Assembly: GCA_001179505.1 (NCBI GenBank)
Contig: CDMY01000751.1
Location: 1 to 24,219, forward strand
DNA: 24,219 nt
Origin: Vitrella brassicaformis CCMP3155
Taxonomy: Eukaryota; Protista; Chromerida
Direction of reading: 5' to 3'
Below the pieces are notes generated by a model that was not told the origin of the DNA, made no database searches, and saw nothing but the letters and a program-made list of their open reading frames with translations. Shown piece after piece: positions 21,510-24,219 of this stretch. A program made the translations under genes and the position numbers. Each line of letters starts with the position of its first letter. Positions within the stretch are counted from its first letter, which is position 1.

Positions 21510-22449
21510 CGTGCTCTTCTCGTTAGTCGACGGATGCTGCTTCAAGTTGGCTCAGTGCTGCAACACACAGGCGACCTCATTCATGCTTCTCCCATCCGTT
21601 CACGCGGCACACCTGATGGGCGACACCTCTCGAGGGGCCGCACGTTGGCCGCTCTATGGAGCCTGGGTCTGACTCACTCCTCCACCCGTCAACGCTCCAC
21701 GCCCGTGTGTTTGCGTCAGTTTGGCGTCAGTCTCTGGCTGAGGATGATGACTACTATCGTGATGATGTGAAAAATGCTATCGGCTTGTTGCTTTGTCGCT
21801 TGCCCGTTTCCGATGAGGGGAGGGAGAGGCAAGGCGGGGCCCGGGACGGGGCCCTACACGATCGCTCCTCAAGCTCGCAAGGAGCGGTCCCGGCCGGACT
21901 GGCCTCCGCGAAGGCTGCAGGCGTGACTTCCTTGCTGTGTATGTGCGTACATCGATGCACGCTTACTTTTTTGGTTGACTGACTGCGATTGGTACGTTGA
22001 ATGCAGCTGATGGATGTGATGGATACGTCCATCTCTCTGTGTCTCTCATTTTGCATCGGAGCTCCTTGGACACACCACCGGGCGCAGAGAATTGCACAGG
22101 GAAGAGAAGAGATCCGACATACTCACAAAGCCAGACAGACAGACAGACAGACCGACCGACCGACAGACCGACAGACAAAGAGAGAAAACGCAGGCACACA
22201 AACGTGGCTGGCGAGACGAGACAAGACAAGACAAGACAGAAAACTCAGGGCCATGAGTCAGAGCGAAAGAACCACAATAATGCACACAACACGGCGCAGA
22301 GACAGACACCACCGCACCCCCGACCGCCCGACCAAGCCACCCACCTTCCACCACTATGTGTGTGTCAGTCAGTCAGTCATTCTACCTGCGGCGGCATTGG
22401 CCGCACCACACACACATATGGCCCATCATCCTTGTGTGCCGACGCCACG

Positions 22450-23729
22450 CTACTTGTTCAACTGCCTCAGGACCATCTGCGCACACACACACATACAAAG
22501 ACATGCAGCCAGACCAGCAAACGCGTCTCTGTGTGGTGTGGTGGCTACGTCGATGAGCCCGTCCATGAAGAAGGCCGCGTTGTCGGCGCCCATATTGGCG
22601 CTGCACTGGCCGCCCTCACCCTCACCGCACACGCCCTTGCCGGCGCAGAAGGCCGTCGCCAGACTGGTGGGGTTCCAAAACATCAACATGCCAAGCGTCA
22701 CGGCAGCTGACCAAACCAAGACAGACACGCACACACACACACACACACACACAAGAGAGAGAGATGAAAGCAGGGAGGAAGACAGAGGTTTCTCTGTGCG
22801 TGCAGGCCACACCTCTTCCTTGGAACACCGGCAGACACGGGGCCTTGGTGCTTGCGCCGCTCCTGCACGAGTGAACGAGCTCCTGCGCGGCATGCTCTAT
22901 CACACCCTCAGTGCGCCTCTTGATGCACTCCTGCACACCACCACACACAGCACAGCCAATGGCCCCACCACTCTCTCTCGTGTTGCGCGTGTTGCGCCCA
23001 CCTTGCACTGAGACGAGCAGTCTTGGTTCGGGCCGTCCCCGGCACCTTTCTTGGGCGGCCCCTGCTTCCCCTTCGGGCCACCTTTAGGCCCAACAGGGGA
23101 GGGCGCTTTGCCCTCCCCTCCACCCATTTGGCCCTTCCCTTTGCCCTTGCCGCCCTTTGGCGCGGTCACAGGAGGCTGCTTTTTCGGCTGCTGCTGCTGG
23201 TCTTTCGGCTGACGAGGGCCGTCCGCTGGGGGTGGCGGTCCTCCGAGCCCAGGTGATGGCGCAGCGCCCTTGCCTTTGCCCTTTTTGGGTTGGGTTGGTT
23301 TCTTGCCTTCCGCCCCTTGCTTTGGCTTCGGTTTTGCCGCAGCAACGTAGTCACTGGGTGGTTGCTCGTCTTCGGCGGCTGCTCCTGGAGGAGCAGTCGT
23401 CACCTCAGCAGCAGCAGCGGCAGCAGCAGAGGTGGCGATTTCGTTCGACTCGTTGGCATGGTCGTCTGCAGGTTGTCTTGACTGCTGTTGTTCCTGCTGC
23501 TGCTGGGGCTCAGTCGAGCGGAGTAACGATGAGAAAGTGCTGAGTTGGGGGATGCCGCCAATGACGTCAAGAACGCTGGCCGTTTTCTGCTGCTGCTGGG
23601 CCTCGCACAGGAGCGCTGCAGACACACAACGGTGCGTGGGAGCGGTGTGTGTGTCGTTGCCTTCGTTTGTTCCTGATACGTACCTGACAGAGCGAGCAGC
23701 AGGCCGGCGATGAGGGTATACACACGCAT
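22450..23729 (-). CDS. Secreted ~320-aa protein: signal peptide, FAS1-like N-terminal stub, Gln/Ala/Pro/Lys/Gly low-complexity linker, C-terminal saposin-like (SapB-type) domain
   Basis: Manual splice model, exons 23729-23684, 23615-23002, 22930-22813, 22706-22549, 22476-22450, all GT-AG with consistent phase. Starts MRVYTLIAGLLLALSALLCEA (signal peptide). Contains CKEC-x19-C-x9-C-x27-C-x5-C. The last intron is ambiguous: an alternative donor directly after GVC would end the CDS at 22382. Confidence 0.85.
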
Positions 23730-24219
23730 TGTGCAACAAAAGGTGCAGAAATAGTGATACACCCGGGCCGTTGACAGGATGCGCCCCTGGCCGCAAGGCT
23801 GCTGCTCGCGTCTTCCCAGGTGTGCGCAAGAAGAAACGCGACGGTGAACGCTTTGGCGCACCTGTGCATGGTTCTCTGCTTTTGAAGTAATAATACGCTA
23901 ATAGCTCTCTCCCGATTTCATTTTGTGATCGTTTACACGGAAGCATGGGCGACCAGCACGTCTGATCTAGAGTCGGTATGGATTTGCTCACGCAAAGACA
24001 CAAACAATCGCAGAAACACATGCGCACCATACGGCATGGATGATAGCAGCACCCTGATATAAACCGAACAGCCCATCAAACGCAATCACACAAGCGACTA
24101 TCACATGCCCTACCAAACCATCCTGCAACCCAAGCCCGACCCATAACAACACGTCCCCAAATCAATCCCTCACGGCCGGTCCTGGCAGGCAAACGTGCGG
24201 GTTTGTGCCCTGTAGGGCC

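Noticed and set aside
21997-23011. Long + strand ORFs (237 and 336 aa) and similar ORFs such as 16776-17318 and 853-1434
   Set aside because: They are built from CAGA/CA microsatellites or are antisense shadows of real minus-strand exons, with no protein-like features.

Overview
Eukaryotic, intron-dense DNA (short GT-AG introns of about 50-170 nt, full of CA/GT, CAGA and CTGA microsatellites). The style suggests a chromerid alveolate such as Vitrella, which is an inference from intron texture only. The provided ORF track is mostly uninformative because the genes are spliced, so I assembled them by hand. The minus strand carries a head-to-tail array. (1) 23729-22450: a ~320-aa secreted protein with a FAS1-like stub, a Pro/Lys/Gly linker and a C-terminal saposin-like six-Cys domain. 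(2) 21509-15083: a ~1434-aa, 29-exon multipass membrane protein with several microexons, a ~560-aa disordered loop, C-terminal LRRs and an EF-hand-like motif. (3) 12942-4608: a ~2114-codon, 28-exon receptor-like gene (signal peptide, ~15-17 plant-type LRRs, EGF-like and GCC2/GCC3-type Cys repeats, ~9 TM helices, Pro-rich tail). It is phase-consistent throughout but has two in-frame stops (TAG, TGA) 25 codons apart in adjacent LRRs. (4) ~4250-3524: a truncated paralog fragment of gene 3's TM module, flanked by direct repeats. (5) 3213-~2186: an unknown spliced gene, followed by diverged tandem repeats at 1-835. No rRNA, tRNA, CRISPR array or transposase was found.
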